Part shown: one piece after another, positions 1 through 10,674 of the stretch
Layout: each line of letters opens with the position of its first letter
Numbering within the stretch: the stretch's first letter is position 1
Origin: Spirochaetia bacterium
Lineage (GTDB): Bacteria; Spirochaetota; Spirochaetia; DSM-16054; Sediminispirochaetaceae
DNA: 64,000 nt
NCBI GenBank assembly: GCA_034520965.1
Contig: JAXHMY010000003.1
Span: 448,001 to 512,000, forward strand
Reading direction: 5' to 3'
Notes under the pieces: generated by a model
Told to the model about the DNA's origin: nothing
Databases searched by the model: none
Seen by the model: the letters and a program-made list of their open reading frames with translations, nothing else
Program-made: the position numbers and the translations under genes

Positions 1-1194
1 AGGACCGGGAAAGGGGTGACGGCGCACTACGTCCTCCGAAATGCCGATACGGCGGCCTATACGCCGCACCTCATCCTTATAGACCCGTTCAAGGGGCTCG
101 ACAATCAGACCGCGGGCCCGCTTCTTTTCCACCAGAGGTGAGCGGACATTGTGGTGGACTTAATTACCTGCGCATTTTTACCCACACCCTTTCCCGACTC
201 TATCAGGTCGGTATATAGAGTTCCCTGGGCCAAAAAGGCATCTTTCACATCCAAACAGGGCAAGCTCCCGCTCCATCAGGGTAATAAACAGGTCGCCGAT
301 AATCTCGCGCTTCTTCTCCGGGTCGTCAACGCCCCTCAGCTGTTCCAAAAACTCATCCGAAGCGTCGACAAAGTGAATGTGGCTGGCCCCCAGCTGTTCG
401 AGGTCGCGGATAACTTCCTCCGACTCATTCTTTCGCATTAGCCCCGTATCGATATGCAGCAGATGAATGTGCTCCGGAGGCAGGGCCTTCAGCAGCAGCC
501 CGGCTACTACGGTGGAGTCTACCCCGCCGGAGATCAGCAGCAGAACCTTGCGCCGGCCGACCCGTTCACGCAGGGCTGTAAGGGTATCCTCGATATAGCG
601 GTCCATATTCCAGGACTTTTCAGCCCCGCAGATTTTTACCGCAAAGTTCTCCAACAGCCGAGTACCGTACTCGCAGTGACTCACTTCCGGGTGAAACTGC
701 AGCCCGTAAAAGTTCCGCTCGGCATTATATACCACCGCCGGTATTCCATTCTCCGACTCAGCGATTGTCTCAAAGCCATTACCTAAAGTCGAAATGCTAT
801 CGCCGTGACTCATCCAAGAGGCAAACCCATCCTCGACTTGTTCGAAGATTGGTGCTCGGGCACTGCGGATGCGAATAGTCGCTCGTCCATACTCCCTGGT
901 AGGCAGGGAGGTAATATCTCCGCCAAAGTGCTTCATGAGAATCTGGGTGCCGAAACAAATACCCAGCACGGGCACACCACATTCAAATACAGAGGGATGC
1001 GGCCAGGGTGGAGCCGGATCGTTTACCGAATAGGGTGAGCCCGATAGAATCAGACCGCGGGTACCCTGCAGCAGATCATCGGTAATCTCTGTATCCGCCG
1101 GGTAAATTTCGGTATAGACTCCCAGGTCACGAACACGTCGCCCGATCAGCTGTGTTGTCTGACCGCCAAAATCAAGAATTAGTAGTTTATCCAT
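1..1194 (-). CDS. guaA: GMP synthase (glutamine-hydrolysing); runs off the window edge; two apparent 1-nt indels
   Basis: GATase motifs [22 protein letters not shown], then SGGVDS. After frame changes at ~253-255 and ~156-157 it reads [14 protein letters not shown]...KSHHNV...EPL...YKDEVRRIG...RHPFPGP. Confidence 0.95.
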
Positions 1195-1208
1195 AGTTTA
1201 TACCCCTG

Positions 1209-2674
1209 TCAGTTCTCCACCGCCAGCCGCGCTTCAAGCTCGGCCAGCATGTTCCGGTGGTGCTCGGTTATCGCAAGCGTTTTTTCGGTGGTGCTGCCCC
1301 GGTAGCGGGCGGGATTGCTGAAAAACTCTTCGGCCCCTATGCCCACCATCCGCTGCAGCTGTCGGTCAATCTTAGCCCAGCTCTCCGGGTCCTCCCGCAG
1401 TTTGTCCAGCAGCTTAGCCCCGCTCTGCTCGCACTCCAGGGTAATCTTACGCACCCGCTCGTGGGCATCCGGGTCCCCGGCCTGGGACAGCAGTATGTAG
1501 GCCGCCTCGGAGAGGATAAAGTCGCCGTTGCTCAACAGATTATGCTCTAGATTCTCCCGCTCGATATGCAGGGTACCGACCACCCGCAGCATACGGTTTA
1601 CTGCGGCTACAAAGCCGGCAATATAATCAGAGACAAAGCGTCCGCTGGCCGAATTAGTTAAATCGCGCTGATGCTCGGAAATCTGATCCATAAAAAAGCT
1701 CATTACCCGCGGAGCAAAGGCCTTCCACAGGCTCTTTACATGCTCACTGTTCCAGGGGTTGCGTTTGTGGGGCATGGTGGACGAGCCCACCTGATTGGAA
1801 CTGAAAAACTCCCGCAGCTCCCCAATCTCGGTCCGCTGCAGATGGCGCAGGTCGTCGGCCAAGTTGGCCACAATACCAAAGGCGGTATTCAGCTCCAGCA
1901 TCAGATGCAGCAGATACTCCGGCTCGACAATCTGGTTAGAGTACTCGCTGACCGGTAGGCCTATACTGCCCAGAACCTCCTGCTCGAAGGCCAGGGGATC
2001 CTCGACAATCAGCCCCATTGCATTGTAGCCGCCCACGGCTCCCGACAGTTTACCCGCCAGCTGATCGGCGGCATCTAAAATCCGCGGAATTACCTTGCCC
2101 AGGCGGGCCACATACTCGGCCAGGGCAAAACCAACCGTCACCGGCACGGCGTGCTGCCCGTGGGTACGGCCTACCTGCGGAGTTTCGGCCTCCTTCTCGG
2201 CCAGTTCTATCAGGGTACGCTGAAGCTGCATCAGCAGCGGCACCAGCACATCCCGGGTCACATCGCGGTAACGCAGCGAAGCCGCCGTATCCAGCACATC
2301 CACGCTGGTAGCCCCTAAATGCACGTAAGGGCTTATCTCCTGCGGCAGCATCGCGTTTCATCACGTTCACCAGAGCCCGCACATTGTGATGGGTCTGCTC
2401 CTCTTCCAGGTACACAGCCTCCGGCTCCACCTGCTTTACAGCCGATTCCACCGCCCGCAGGTTTTCCGACGTGCCCATTCCCAGCCGGTTCAGGTGGGCG
2501 GACAACAAGGCCCCTTCCACCCGTACGGCGTAACGCACCGCTCCATCCTCGCTAATATAATCCTCCAGCTTCTCAAACAGTTCGATATTGGAGAGGTAGT
2601 AGCGGTGATCGAGGGGCGAAAGGTTCCTAAAAATAGAACGATTGGTTTTTTTATTCTTGGCTTTGCTTCGACAT
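1209..2674 (-). CDS. purB: Adenylosuccinate lyase; frameshifted near 2353 and probably near 2663
   Basis: N-terminal part SPLDHRY...EEQTHHNVRA (ORF 2050..2790) joins HLGATSVD, GRTHGQHA, GSSTMPHKRNP, EHQRDLTNS (ORF 1209..2351). ATG at 2674 is inferred. Confidence 0.93.
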
Positions 2675-2857
2675 ACCTGATACTGTACAAAAGTTATGTA
2701 AATATTGGAAGGCTGCACGGATGTCCAAAGCCTCAATAATAGAGAAAAAAGTCCGCACGGGTGGCCCCAGGCCCGCTTGCACACCACCACCAGGCCCCCC
2801 CGAACAGCCCGCCCAGCCGCCTTGGCACAACCCAGGGATTTCCGCTACTATCTACCC

Positions 2858-4906
2858 ATGAATACCCTACGCCGACGCGTACCGACCGCCCTGCCGCTGC
2901 TGCTGATTGTAGTGGCCGAGCTGCTGATCTATTATATTGGACCGCTGTGGGCCGCCCAGGGAGCTCACATATGGGCCCCGGAGAGCCGGGGGACCGCGGA
3001 TTATCTGTTTTTAGCCCTTCTTATAGGCCACGGCATGTGGGCCTACGTCCTGCTCACCCGCCCCGCCTCGCAGCTGCACTTCGACCTGTTCCGCCTGCCG
3101 GAGATACTGCTGACCCTCGGGCTGGCTCTGTTTTTATTCAGCTATATCTTTGCCTCCAACGCCAACCTCTCCTATGCTCAAATGTTTGCCGAAACCAGCG
3201 GTAACCTCAACCTGGCCCCCAACTCGACTATCCAGCGCCTGACCAGCCTGCTGCGCTACGGCCCCTTACTGCTCTACGACCTTGCGCTGCTGATCTTCTT
3301 CCGTATCAAAAAAAGGGACAGCTTTTTCCACACCACCGGCACCGCCGGTCCGGCCGCCCTATGGTCCCTGCCGCTGAGCCTGCTGGCGGCGATCCTGTAT
3401 ACCCTCTCCCTGCCTTCCTTCCTGAGTGTCGAGGGCTGGGCACCCCTGGCATTCGTGGCCCTAATACCGCTGTACGCCGTCCTAAGGGTACACTCCTACC
3501 GTTGGGCCCTGTTTTACGGGGTCTCCTTCGGTATACTACAGCTGCTGCTCACCAACTACTGGCTGGGAACCTTCAGCCTGATCACCCTGCAGCTGGTAAG
3601 TGTATTTCTTACTCTAGAATATATTTTATTTTTTGGGATGCTCTTGATTGTCCGACACCGGGTTCGTGCTCCACACCTGCTGCTCTATCCGGCAGGCTTT
3701 GTGTTGTTCGACTTTCTTCGCAGCCAGGGCTTTTTAGGCTATCCCTGGGGCATGCTCGGCAGCAGCCAGTACCAGTTTGTCCCCTTTATCCAGGTCGCCG
3801 CCCTGGCCGGCGTGTACGGGGTGACCTTTGTGGTGGTTCTGACCAACGGGCTGCTCTTCGAGCTGTGGCAGCGGCCGGCCGGGCGGCGGCGCGGGCCCGC
3901 CGCGGGCCTTGCGCTTCTCTGGCTTGTCACTCTCGGGTTCGGACTTATCCATATACACTCCTTAGAAAAAGCCGTCCCCAGGGAAACCGTAAAAGTAGCT
4001 TTAGTCCAGCAGAACACCGACCCCCGCAAGCACGATTACCGCTACAGCTTCGACATTCTTAAAAGGCTGACCGACCGGGCAGTGCTGCAGAAGCCGGACC
4101 TGGTGGCTTGGTCGGAGACGGCCTTTGTTCCCAACATCCGCAAGTGGGGGGCGATGGAACCGGATGAGCATTCTTTGGCGCGGCTGGTCCACGATTTTCG
4201 CGACTACCAGCGCAGCCTGGACACATGGCTGCTGACCGGGAACGACGATTACGAGGAGATCCGCGACCCCGAGGGGCGGGTGGTTCAGTCCCACTACAAC
4301 GCCACGGTGCTGTTTTCGGCGGAGGGCGAGCGGATGGACACCTACCGCAAGCTGCATCTGGTGCCCTTTTCCGAGTACTTTCCCTACCAGGAGGAGTACC
4401 CCTGGGTGTTTACTATTCTGAAGGACTTCGATGCCGACCTGTGGGAGAAGGGCGAGGAGCGGGTGACTTTCGAGCACCCCAGGTTTAGCTTTTTTACGCC
4501 TATCTGCTTTGAGGACAGTTTTCCCGCGGAGGTACGCGCCTTTGTACGGCGGGATGCCGACGTGATACTCAACCTTTCCAACGATTACTGGTCGCTGACC
4601 GAGGTGGAGGGACAGCAGCACTTTGCCAACTCCCTCTTCCGGGCGGTGGAAAACGGCCGGCCCCTACTGCGTTCGACCGCCAGCGGCATGACCGCCTACG
4701 TCTCCCCGGAGGGGCGTATCCGCGAGAGCCTGCCCTACTACCAGGAAGGGGTGATTGTGCCGGAGGTAGCCTTATACGACCGCCCCCCTACTCCCTACCT
4801 GCGCTGGGGCAACTGGTTTGTACTGGTAACTGCCCTGATAATCGGGGTATTCGCCCTGCGGGCTGGTCTGCGCTATAGACGAACTCTAAAAACAGGCTCT
4901 CATTAG
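2858..4906 (+). CDS. lnt: Apolipoprotein N-acyltransferase with an N-terminal membrane extension
   Basis: Multi-TM N-terminus, GYPW, nitrilase-fold motifs WSETA, YRKLHLVPFSEYFP, ICFEDSF, NLSNDYW, RAVENGR. Start taken at ATG 2858. Confidence 0.93.
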   Translation: MNTLRRRVPTALPLLLIVVAELLIYYIGPLWAAQGAHIWAPESRGTADYLFLALLIGHGMWAYVLLTRPASQLHFDLFRLPEILLTLGLALFLFSYIFASNANLSYAQMFAETSGNLNLAPNSTIQRLTSLLRYGPLLLYDLALLIFFRIKKRDSFFHTTGTAGPAALWSLPLSLLAAILYTLSLPSFLSVEGWAPLAFVALIPLYAVLRVHSYRWALFYGVSFGILQLLLTNYWLGTFSLITLQLVSVFLTLEYILFFGMLLIVRHRVRAPHLLLYPAGFVLFDFLRSQGFLGYPWGMLGSSQYQFVPFIQVAALAGVYGVTFVVVLTNGLLFELWQRPAGRRRGPAAGLALLWLVTLGFGLIHIHSLEKAVPRETVKVALVQQNTDPRKHDYRYSFDILKRLTDRAVLQKPDLVAWSETAFVPNIRKWGAMEPDEHSLARLVHDFRDYQRSLDTWLLTGNDDYEEIRDPEGRVVQSHYNATVLFSAEGERMDTYRKLHLVPFSEYFPYQEEYPWVFTILKDFDADLWEKGEERVTFEHPRFSFFTPICFEDSFPAEVRAFVRRDADVILNLSNDYWSLTEVEGQQHFANSLFRAVENGRPLLRSTASGMTAYVSPEGRIRESLPYYQEGVIVPEVALYDRPPTPYLRWGNWFVLVTALIIGVFALRAGLRYRRTLKTGSH

Positions 4907-4922
4907 AACGACTCAAATAAAA

Positions 4923-4954
4923 CAGGCGCGGTTCCCCTAAAGGCGCCGCGCCTG
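4923..4954. terminator. GC-rich hairpin between convergent lnt and gcvPB
   Basis: CAGGCGCGG...CCGCGCCTG inverted repeat. Confidence 0.55.
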
Positions 4955-5002
4955 CTGCGTTTACTATTATTGCTTATTCTAACAACTGCGATTCCAGCGG
5001 TT

Positions 5003-6469
5003 CTATTCCGGCTGCCAGCGCAAAACAGGATGTTTTGCGGCCTGCACCTGATCAACCCGGCGTACCGGAGTGCTCGTGGGCATCTCGTGCAGCTTATCCG
5101 GGTCTTTTTCCGCCAAATCGGCAATCTCGTGCATCACCTCAATAAAGTTATCGAGTGACTCCCGCGACTCGGTTTCAGTTGGCTCGAACATCATCGCCTC
5201 ATGGACAATCAACGGAAAATAAACCGTCGGAGCGTGAATACCAAACTCAAGCAGGGCTTTCGCTACATCCGTACCGTTGACGCCGTAGGCATCCTTCATC
5301 TTTTGAGCGGACAGAACAAACTCGTGTTTACACACCCGGTCGTAGGGCAAAAAGTAGCGTCCCTTCAACTTCTCCTTAAGATAATTGGCATTCAATACCG
5401 CCAGCTCGGAGGCACGCTTCAGGCCGTCATTGCCCATTGTAAGGATGTAGGTATACGCCCTCACCAGAACCGCGATATTTCCGTAGAAACCGGAGATGCG
5501 GCCCATAGTGTCGGGAATGTCATGGTCCAGATAGTACTCGCTGCCCTTTTTGCGGACCGTGGGGGCCGGGAGAAAGGGCTCGAGCTTTTTATTGACCATC
5601 ACCGCACCGCTGCCGGGACCTCCACCGCCGTGGGGGGTAGAGAAGGTTTTGTGCAGGTTAAGGTGTACCACATCAAATCCCATATCTCCGGGGCGGCTTT
5701 TGCCCATAATTGCATTCAGGTTAGCCCCGTCGTAGTACAATAGGCCGCCGGCATCGTGCACCAGTTCGGCAATTTCGGCGATATCTTCTTCATACAGGCC
5801 GAGGGTATTGGGGTTGGTCAGCATGATACCGGCCAGGTTTTCGTCGAGGTGCTGTTTCAGATCCTCCACCGATACCATTCCCTTTTCGTTGGATTTAACT
5901 TCCACTACCTCAAAGCCCGAGATGTGGGCCGAAGCGGGGTTAGTTCCATGGGCCCCATCCGGTACCAGCACCTTGGTTCGTCCGGTATCGCCTTGCTTTT
6001 TAAAGTAGGACTTAAAAAATTTCATACCCGTGAACTCGCCATGGGCACCGGCGAAGGGCTGCAGGGTTCCCCAGCTCATCCCGGTTACCTCGCACAGCCG
6101 CTCAGTCAGGTCGTACATCAATTCCAGAATCCCCTGGGTAGTCTTCTGAGGCTGCAGCGGGTGCAGTCCGGCAAAACCCGCCAACCCGGCGGTAACTTCG
6201 TTAATCTTTGGATTATATTTCATTGTACAGCTGCCCAAGGGGTAGAATCCAAGGTCAACACAGTAGTTCTTTTGTGACAGCCGTGTATAGTGGCGAATCA
6301 CATCCACCTCGGATACCTCGGGCAGGGCGGTTTCATGTACCCGCAAATACTTCTTATCTACCATCTCCTCGGGCTTTCTTGCCGGAACATCGATATCCGG
6401 GACTCGAAAGCCGCGGCGTCCTTCACGGGAACGCTCGAATATCAGCTTATTTTTTAACTGTGTACTCAT
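5003..6469 (-). CDS. gcvPB: Glycine dehydrogenase (decarboxylating) subunit 2
   Basis: [44 protein letters not shown]. Confidence 0.97.
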   Translation of the reverse strand: MSTQLKNKLIFERSREGRRGFRVPDIDVPARKPEEMVDKKYLRVHETALPEVSEVDVIRHYTRLSQKNYCVDLGFYPLGSCTMKYNPKINEVTAGLAGFAGLHPLQPQKTTQGILELMYDLTERLCEVTGMSWGTLQPFAGAHGEFTGMKFFKSYFKKQGDTGRTKVLVPDGAHGTNPASAHISGFEVVEVKSNEKGMVSVEDLKQHLDENLAGIMLTNPNTLGLYEEDIAEIAELVHDAGGLLYYDGANLNAIMGKSRPGDMGFDVVHLNLHKTFSTPHGGGGPGSGAVMVNKKLEPFLPAPTVRKKGSEYYLDHDIPDTMGRISGFYGNIAVLVRAYTYILTMGNDGLKRASELAVLNANYLKEKLKGRYFLPYDRVCKHEFVLSAQKMKDAYGVNGTDVAKALLEFGIHAPTVYFPLIVHEAMMFEPTETESRESLDNFIEVMHEIADLAEKDPDKLHEMPTSTPVRRVDQVQAAKHPVLRWQPE

Positions 6470-7815
6470 TTCAAAGCCCCCTTCATGCTCTGCACGTAAC
6501 GGTCCATCTCTTCTACGGTCCGTTTCTCGGTTACTGCTACCGTCAACAAATTCTCCGGCTTGGATGCATCGAGCTGATTAAGTGCAACTCCGGCAAAAAT
6601 ACCATCCGCTTCCATCGCCTCGGCTATATCGGCGGCTTTCTTCGGCAGTGCAAGGGTAAACTCGTTGAAAAAGGGTTGATCCGCCGCCATTTCGACGCCG
6701 GCCTCTTTCTTTAGCTTCTCGGCTAAGTAATGGGCTTTCTGCATATTCTGCTCGGCAAGCTCCTTCAACCCTTCCTTTCCTACTGTAGCAAGATAAATAG
6801 TGTTTCCGAGGGCGGCCAATGCCTGGTTGGAGCAGATATTAGAGGTTGCCCGCTCGCGCTTAATATGCTGTTCCCGCGCCTGCATGGTCAGCACAAAGGC
6901 CCGTTTTCCGTCCTCGTCCACCGACTGGCCAACAATTCGACCGGGCATTTTACGCAGCAGCTTCTCGGTGGCGGCTATATAGCCTACCGAGGGTCCGCCG
7001 TAGTAAGCCGGCAGGCCGAAGGGCTGGGTATCGCCAATGGCAATATCCGCCCCCCACTCTCCCTGGCTCTTGATAGCACCCAGGGCCATGGGGTTTGAGG
7101 AGACAATCAGCAAAGATTTGTGTTCGTGCAGCAGATCGGAGAGCCCGGTGTAATCCTCAAGATTTCCGTAGATATTCGGGCTCTGTACCAGCAGACCCGC
7201 CACGTTGTCACCCAACTGATCCTTTACGCTGTCCGTATCGAGAACGCCCGCTTTTTCCGGCAGTTCCACCAATTTTATGTTCAAATCTTCAAAATAGGTT
7301 TCAAGTACCTGTTTGGTGTAGGGATGGATGGTACTTGAGTAGAGAATAGTATCGGTTTTGCGGGTACTGTTGACCGCCAGGGCACAGGCCTCGGAGGCCG
7401 CAGTGTGGCCATCGTACAGCGAGGCGTTTGATACCTGCAGTGAGGTAAGCTCACACATCAGGGTTTGAAACTCGAAAATCGCCTGGAGGACACCCTGTGA
7501 AATTTCGGGTTGATACGGGGTATATGAGGTATAGAACTCTGTACGCCCCATGAGAGCTCCCACGGTACTGGGAATAATATGATCGTAATTTCCGGCTCCT
7601 AAAAAAGAGACCCCTTGCCGGTTGTTCTCTGCAAGCCTCTTAAGCCTTGTATACACTTCCAATTCGGATTGACCCTTTGGAAGATTCAGTTCGCCTTTAA
7701 AACGAATTTTTGCGGGTATATCCGCAAACAACTCGTCGATACTGTCGACCCCAATGTCGGACAGCATCGCTTTTATTTCTTTATCTGTATGAGGTAAATA
7801 CGGGAACATAGACAC
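6466..7815 (-). CDS. gcvPA: Glycine dehydrogenase (decarboxylating) subunit 1
   Basis: [38 protein letters not shown]; 4-nt overlap with gcvPB. Confidence 0.97.
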   Translation of the reverse strand: MSMFPYLPHTDKEIKAMLSDIGVDSIDELFADIPAKIRFKGELNLPKGQSELEVYTRLKRLAENNRQGVSFLGAGNYDHIIPSTVGALMGRTEFYTSYTPYQPEISQGVLQAIFEFQTLMCELTSLQVSNASLYDGHTAASEACALAVNSTRKTDTILYSSTIHPYTKQVLETYFEDLNIKLVELPEKAGVLDTDSVKDQLGDNVAGLLVQSPNIYGNLEDYTGLSDLLHEHKSLLIVSSNPMALGAIKSQGEWGADIAIGDTQPFGLPAYYGGPSVGYIAATEKLLRKMPGRIVGQSVDEDGKRAFVLTMQAREQHIKRERATSNICSNQALAALGNTIYLATVGKEGLKELAEQNMQKAHYLAEKLKKEAGVEMAADQPFFNEFTLALPKKAADIAEAMEADGIFAGVALNQLDASKPENLLTVAVTEKRTVEEMDRYVQSMKGALK

Positions 7816-7832
7816 GCTCCTTTTACTAAAAA

Positions 7833-7874
7833 AAAGTTTCGCATGCCGCTTCGCGGCAACCGAAACAATGAAAA
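7833..7874 (+). repeat. 42-bp REP-like hairpin repeat, copy 1
   Basis: aaaGTTTCGcaTGCCGCttcGCGGCAacCGAAACaatgaaaa; 38/42 identical to the reverse complement of 57650..57691. Confidence 0.75.
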
Positions 7875-7878
7875 GTCC

Positions 7879-8259
7879 CTACTCTTCTTCGATTGTTTTC
7901 TGGTACTCTTCGTAGCTGAGTAGATTATCCAACTCTGAGGGATCAGTCATTTCTATTGCAAAAATAAAAGCTTCATAGGGCTTCTGATTAATCAGCTCCG
8001 GCGCATCTTCCAGTTCCTGGTTTACCTTTACCACTTTACCGGAAACCGGAGCGTAAATCGGTGAGGCAGCTTTTACCGATTCGATGTTGGTTACCTCTTC
8101 ACCGGCATCGAACTCATCATCGACCTCCGGGATCTCTACAAAAACGATGTCCCCCAATTCTTCCTGTGCGTGGTCGGAGATGCCCACATATGCAATGGAC
8201 CCCTCAACTCGCGTCCATTCGTGCGATTTTTGGAATTTTAATTTTTCCGGACTGGCCAT
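7879..8259 (-). CDS. gcvH: Glycine cleavage system H protein
   Basis: SHEW, GISDHAQEELGDIVFV, lipoyl-Lys motif IESVKAASPIYAPVSG. Confidence 0.97.
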   Translation of the reverse strand: MASPEKLKFQKSHEWTRVEGSIAYVGISDHAQEELGDIVFVEIPEVDDEFDAGEEVTNIESVKAASPIYAPVSGKVVKVNQELEDAPELINQKPYEAFIFAIEMTDPSELDNLLSYEEYQKTIEEE

Positions 8260-8300
8260 ATAGAACCTCCTTAACTGTTTACCATGATGGTCTAATTTTC

Positions 8301-8329
8301 ACTATATTGCATGCGCGTTAAGGCGTCAA
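8301..8329 (-). promoter_or_regulatory. Sigma70-type promoter of gcvH
   Basis: TTGACG-17 nt-TATAGT about 40 nt upstream of the start codon. Confidence 0.6.
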
Positions 8330-8398
8330 GCTTTAATCATATAGTATTTTTTAGATATAATTTTTGCTTTGACTTAATAAACCAATTGAGGTGTTTTA

Positions 8399-8488
8399 TT
8401 GACCTGAAGAACAACTCGGGCTACACTAAGCCCGAGATTCTCATTACCGCACCCTAAACTTGATAGTTCGAACAAATTTTCGAACAAA
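8399..8488 (+). promoter_or_regulatory. Sigma70-type promoter with two inverted-repeat operator candidates
   Basis: TTGACC-17-TACACT (8399..8427); CTCGGGCT-N6-AGCCCGAG (8415..8436) spans the -10; GTTCGAA-N6-TTCGAAC (8466..8485). Confidence 0.5.
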
Positions 8489-8502
8489 CTGGAGAAAAGC
8501 AG

Positions 8503-9030
8503 ATGACCGAGCAGCTTGAAGAATATAGAAAAACCTTAGACAACTATCACGATGCCATTAAAGAAACGGATGATTACGGACAAAAACTTAAGGCCCTCGG
8601 TCCCACCGCCTACTACACGGTATTGTACCTGGCCGAAATATACCAAGAAGAGGGCTTGTACGATTATAGAAGCATCGAAACGGGGGCCCGTGATGTGGTA
8701 AAAAAATTAGAAGATAACCTTCTAATAGCTGAAAGGTACAACGAAAAGGGCCAGTTATGGAGGGCAAAAATAGCTCTCAACAGCCTTGGTTTAGATCTGT
8801 TCATTATTCAATCTGCAGCTGAGCATATCCTTACCCTCTCGGGTAAGTACATCGATGATTTACCGGAAAGTGTATCCTCCCACAAGTATTACGGACTACT
8901 AAAAAAGAAGCTCAAAAAAATACAGCACCACGACACACGCAGCCCCGCCTTCTCCTTTAAGCCGATACTCCGCTCCCTGCAGCAGTACGACCAGAGTGAG
9001 CAGCATGGCCAAGAAGGTCAGCCCTTTTAG
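8503..9030 (+). CDS. Hypothetical protein (175 aa, probably helical)
   Basis: Long ORF with GGAG Shine-Dalgarno and promoter, filling the gap; no family recognised. Confidence 0.75.
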   Translation: MTEQLEEYRKTLDNYHDAIKETDDYGQKLKALGPTAYYTVLYLAEIYQEEGLYDYRSIETGARDVVKKLEDNLLIAERYNEKGQLWRAKIALNSLGLDLFIIQSAAEHILTLSGKYIDDLPESVSSHKYYGLLKKKLKKIQHHDTRSPAFSFKPILRSLQQYDQSEQHGQEGQPF

Positions 9031-9081
9031 CCCACAAGCGATTAAATTTTAGAACGAATAATTATTATAGCAGCACAACAA

Positions 9082-9114
9082 AGCGCCGAGCCCTGTCGAG
9101 GACTCGGCGCTGTT
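9082..9114 (-). terminator. Intrinsic terminator downstream of the symporter
   Basis: AGCGCCGAG-TCCTCGACAGGG-CTCGGCGCT followed by TTGTT on the minus strand. Confidence 0.65.
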
Positions 9115-9137
9115 ACTAGTAGATTGTATAAAGTACT

Positions 9138-10514
9138 TTATTTCTTGTAGTACTTGTCTTCGTACTCTCTGAGCATCTTGAATACTACTCCGCTCAATGC
9201 GATCAGTGCAATGAGGTTCGGCAGAATCATCAGACCGTTGAATGCATCGGAGAGGTTCCATACAAAACCGAGAGATGCAATAGCACCTACGAATACCAGC
9301 ACAACCCAGACATACTTGTAGTACGCTGCGATTTTCTCACCGGTAATAAACTCGAGGGATTTGTATCCGTAGTAGTACCAGGTGAGGATTGTGGTAAAGG
9401 CAAACAGCAGCAGACCGATGGAGACAATAAACTGACCGATTCCGCCGGGAAGGGCCATATTGTAGGCGGTAGAGGTAAGCGAAGCACCGTCCAGATTGTC
9501 GAGCACACTCATCATCCCGTCGGGACCAATTTTGATAACCGGCGAAATGAAGATAACCAGAGCGGTCATGGTACATATCACGATGGTATCGAGAAACGAA
9601 CCGAGAGAAGCAATTAAGCCCTGGCGTACAGGGTCTTCAGTTCTGGAGGCGGCATGTGCAATAGGCGCACTTCCGAGCCCGGCTTCGTTCGAGAATACAC
9701 CGCGGGCAACACCAAAGCGAACTACTGAACCTAGAAAACCACCTGCTACAGCTCTGCCGTTAAAAGCATTCCCAAAGATCCATCCAAAGGCTCTCGGCAG
9801 GAATTCTATGTTTGCAAAAATGACGAAAAGGGAGCCAAGCACGTAGATGACCGCCATAAAAGGTACCAGTTTTTCCGCAACCTTTGCAATTCTCTTAATA
9901 CCGCCGATTACAACCAGTCCAACTAATACTGCAACCACCAAACCGGATATCCAGGTAGGAATTCCCATGGATGAATCCATAACATCGGCGATTGCATTGC
10001 TCTGTACCATGTTTCCAATACCGAAGGAGGCGACGAAGGCAAACAGGGCAAACAGCCAACCAAGCCATTTCCAGTTACCGCCGTAGCGTTCTTCCATACC
10101 GACACTTGCGTAGTACATTGGACCGCCGGATTTTTCACCGAACTCATCGGTAGTTCTGTATCGTACCGCCAAAACAGCTTCGGCAAACTTAATAGCACCG
10201 CCAAAGACCGCAGTAACCCACATCCAGAAAACGGCTCCGGGACCACCGGCTGCAATAGCAGTGGCCACACCACCGATATTTCCGGTACCGATCGTAGCCG
10301 AGAGGGTGGTCATTAAAGCGGCAAAGGGATTGATATCTCCTTCACCCTTTACATCTTTTGCGAACAGATACTTAAAGGCTTTGCCGATTCTGCGGTATTG
10401 AACAAACTTTGTACCGACTGTAAGTATAATACCGGCAACAAATAGAATTGTAATAATTACAGGACCCCAGGCGAATGAACCTGCAGCTGCAACTGCTTTT
10501 TCAATTGCTTGCAT
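9138..10514 (-). CDS. Sodium:alanine/glycine symporter (AGCS family)
   Basis: ATIGTGNI, GGPGAVFWMW, GGPMYY, RGVFSNEAGLGSAPIAHA, DTIVICTMT. Confidence 0.95.
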   Translation of the reverse strand: MQAIEKAVAAAGSFAWGPVIITILFVAGIILTVGTKFVQYRRIGKAFKYLFAKDVKGEGDINPFAALMTTLSATIGTGNIGGVATAIAAGGPGAVFWMWVTAVFGGAIKFAEAVLAVRYRTTDEFGEKSGGPMYYASVGMEERYGGNWKWLGWLFALFAFVASFGIGNMVQSNAIADVMDSSMGIPTWISGLVVAVLVGLVVIGGIKRIAKVAEKLVPFMAVIYVLGSLFVIFANIEFLPRAFGWIFGNAFNGRAVAGGFLGSVVRFGVARGVFSNEAGLGSAPIAHAASRTEDPVRQGLIASLGSFLDTIVICTMTALVIFISPVIKIGPDGMMSVLDNLDGASLTSTAYNMALPGGIGQFIVSIGLLLFAFTTILTWYYYGYKSLEFITGEKIAAYYKYVWVVLVFVGAIASLGFVWNLSDAFNGLMILPNLIALIALSGVVFKMLREYEDKYYKK

Positions 10515-10674
10515 TTTTCACTCCTTGTTTTTCTTGTTTTCCTTGTTTTTTATAAAAATTTTCCACCACCCAGATGCTGTTCATTTTAGAACAGTTCGAG
10601 TTACGTAAATGGTGAAACCAATTTTTTCTCTTTTCCTGCACCTCCTTTCCTAATATTTTTCACTTTTTCCCTCC

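Noticed and set aside
3361..4621. Long alternative-frame and antisense ORFs inside lnt (also inside gcvP, the MCP and hcp)
   Set aside because: Shadow ORFs caused by GC-rich codon bias; no recognisable motifs.
8260..8500. Glycine riboswitch upstream of gcvH (also looked for at 10515-10674, upstream of the AGCS gene)
   Set aside because: No GGAGA...CCGAAG...CTCTCAGG core found, and the gcvH promoter is only about 40 nt from the start codon.
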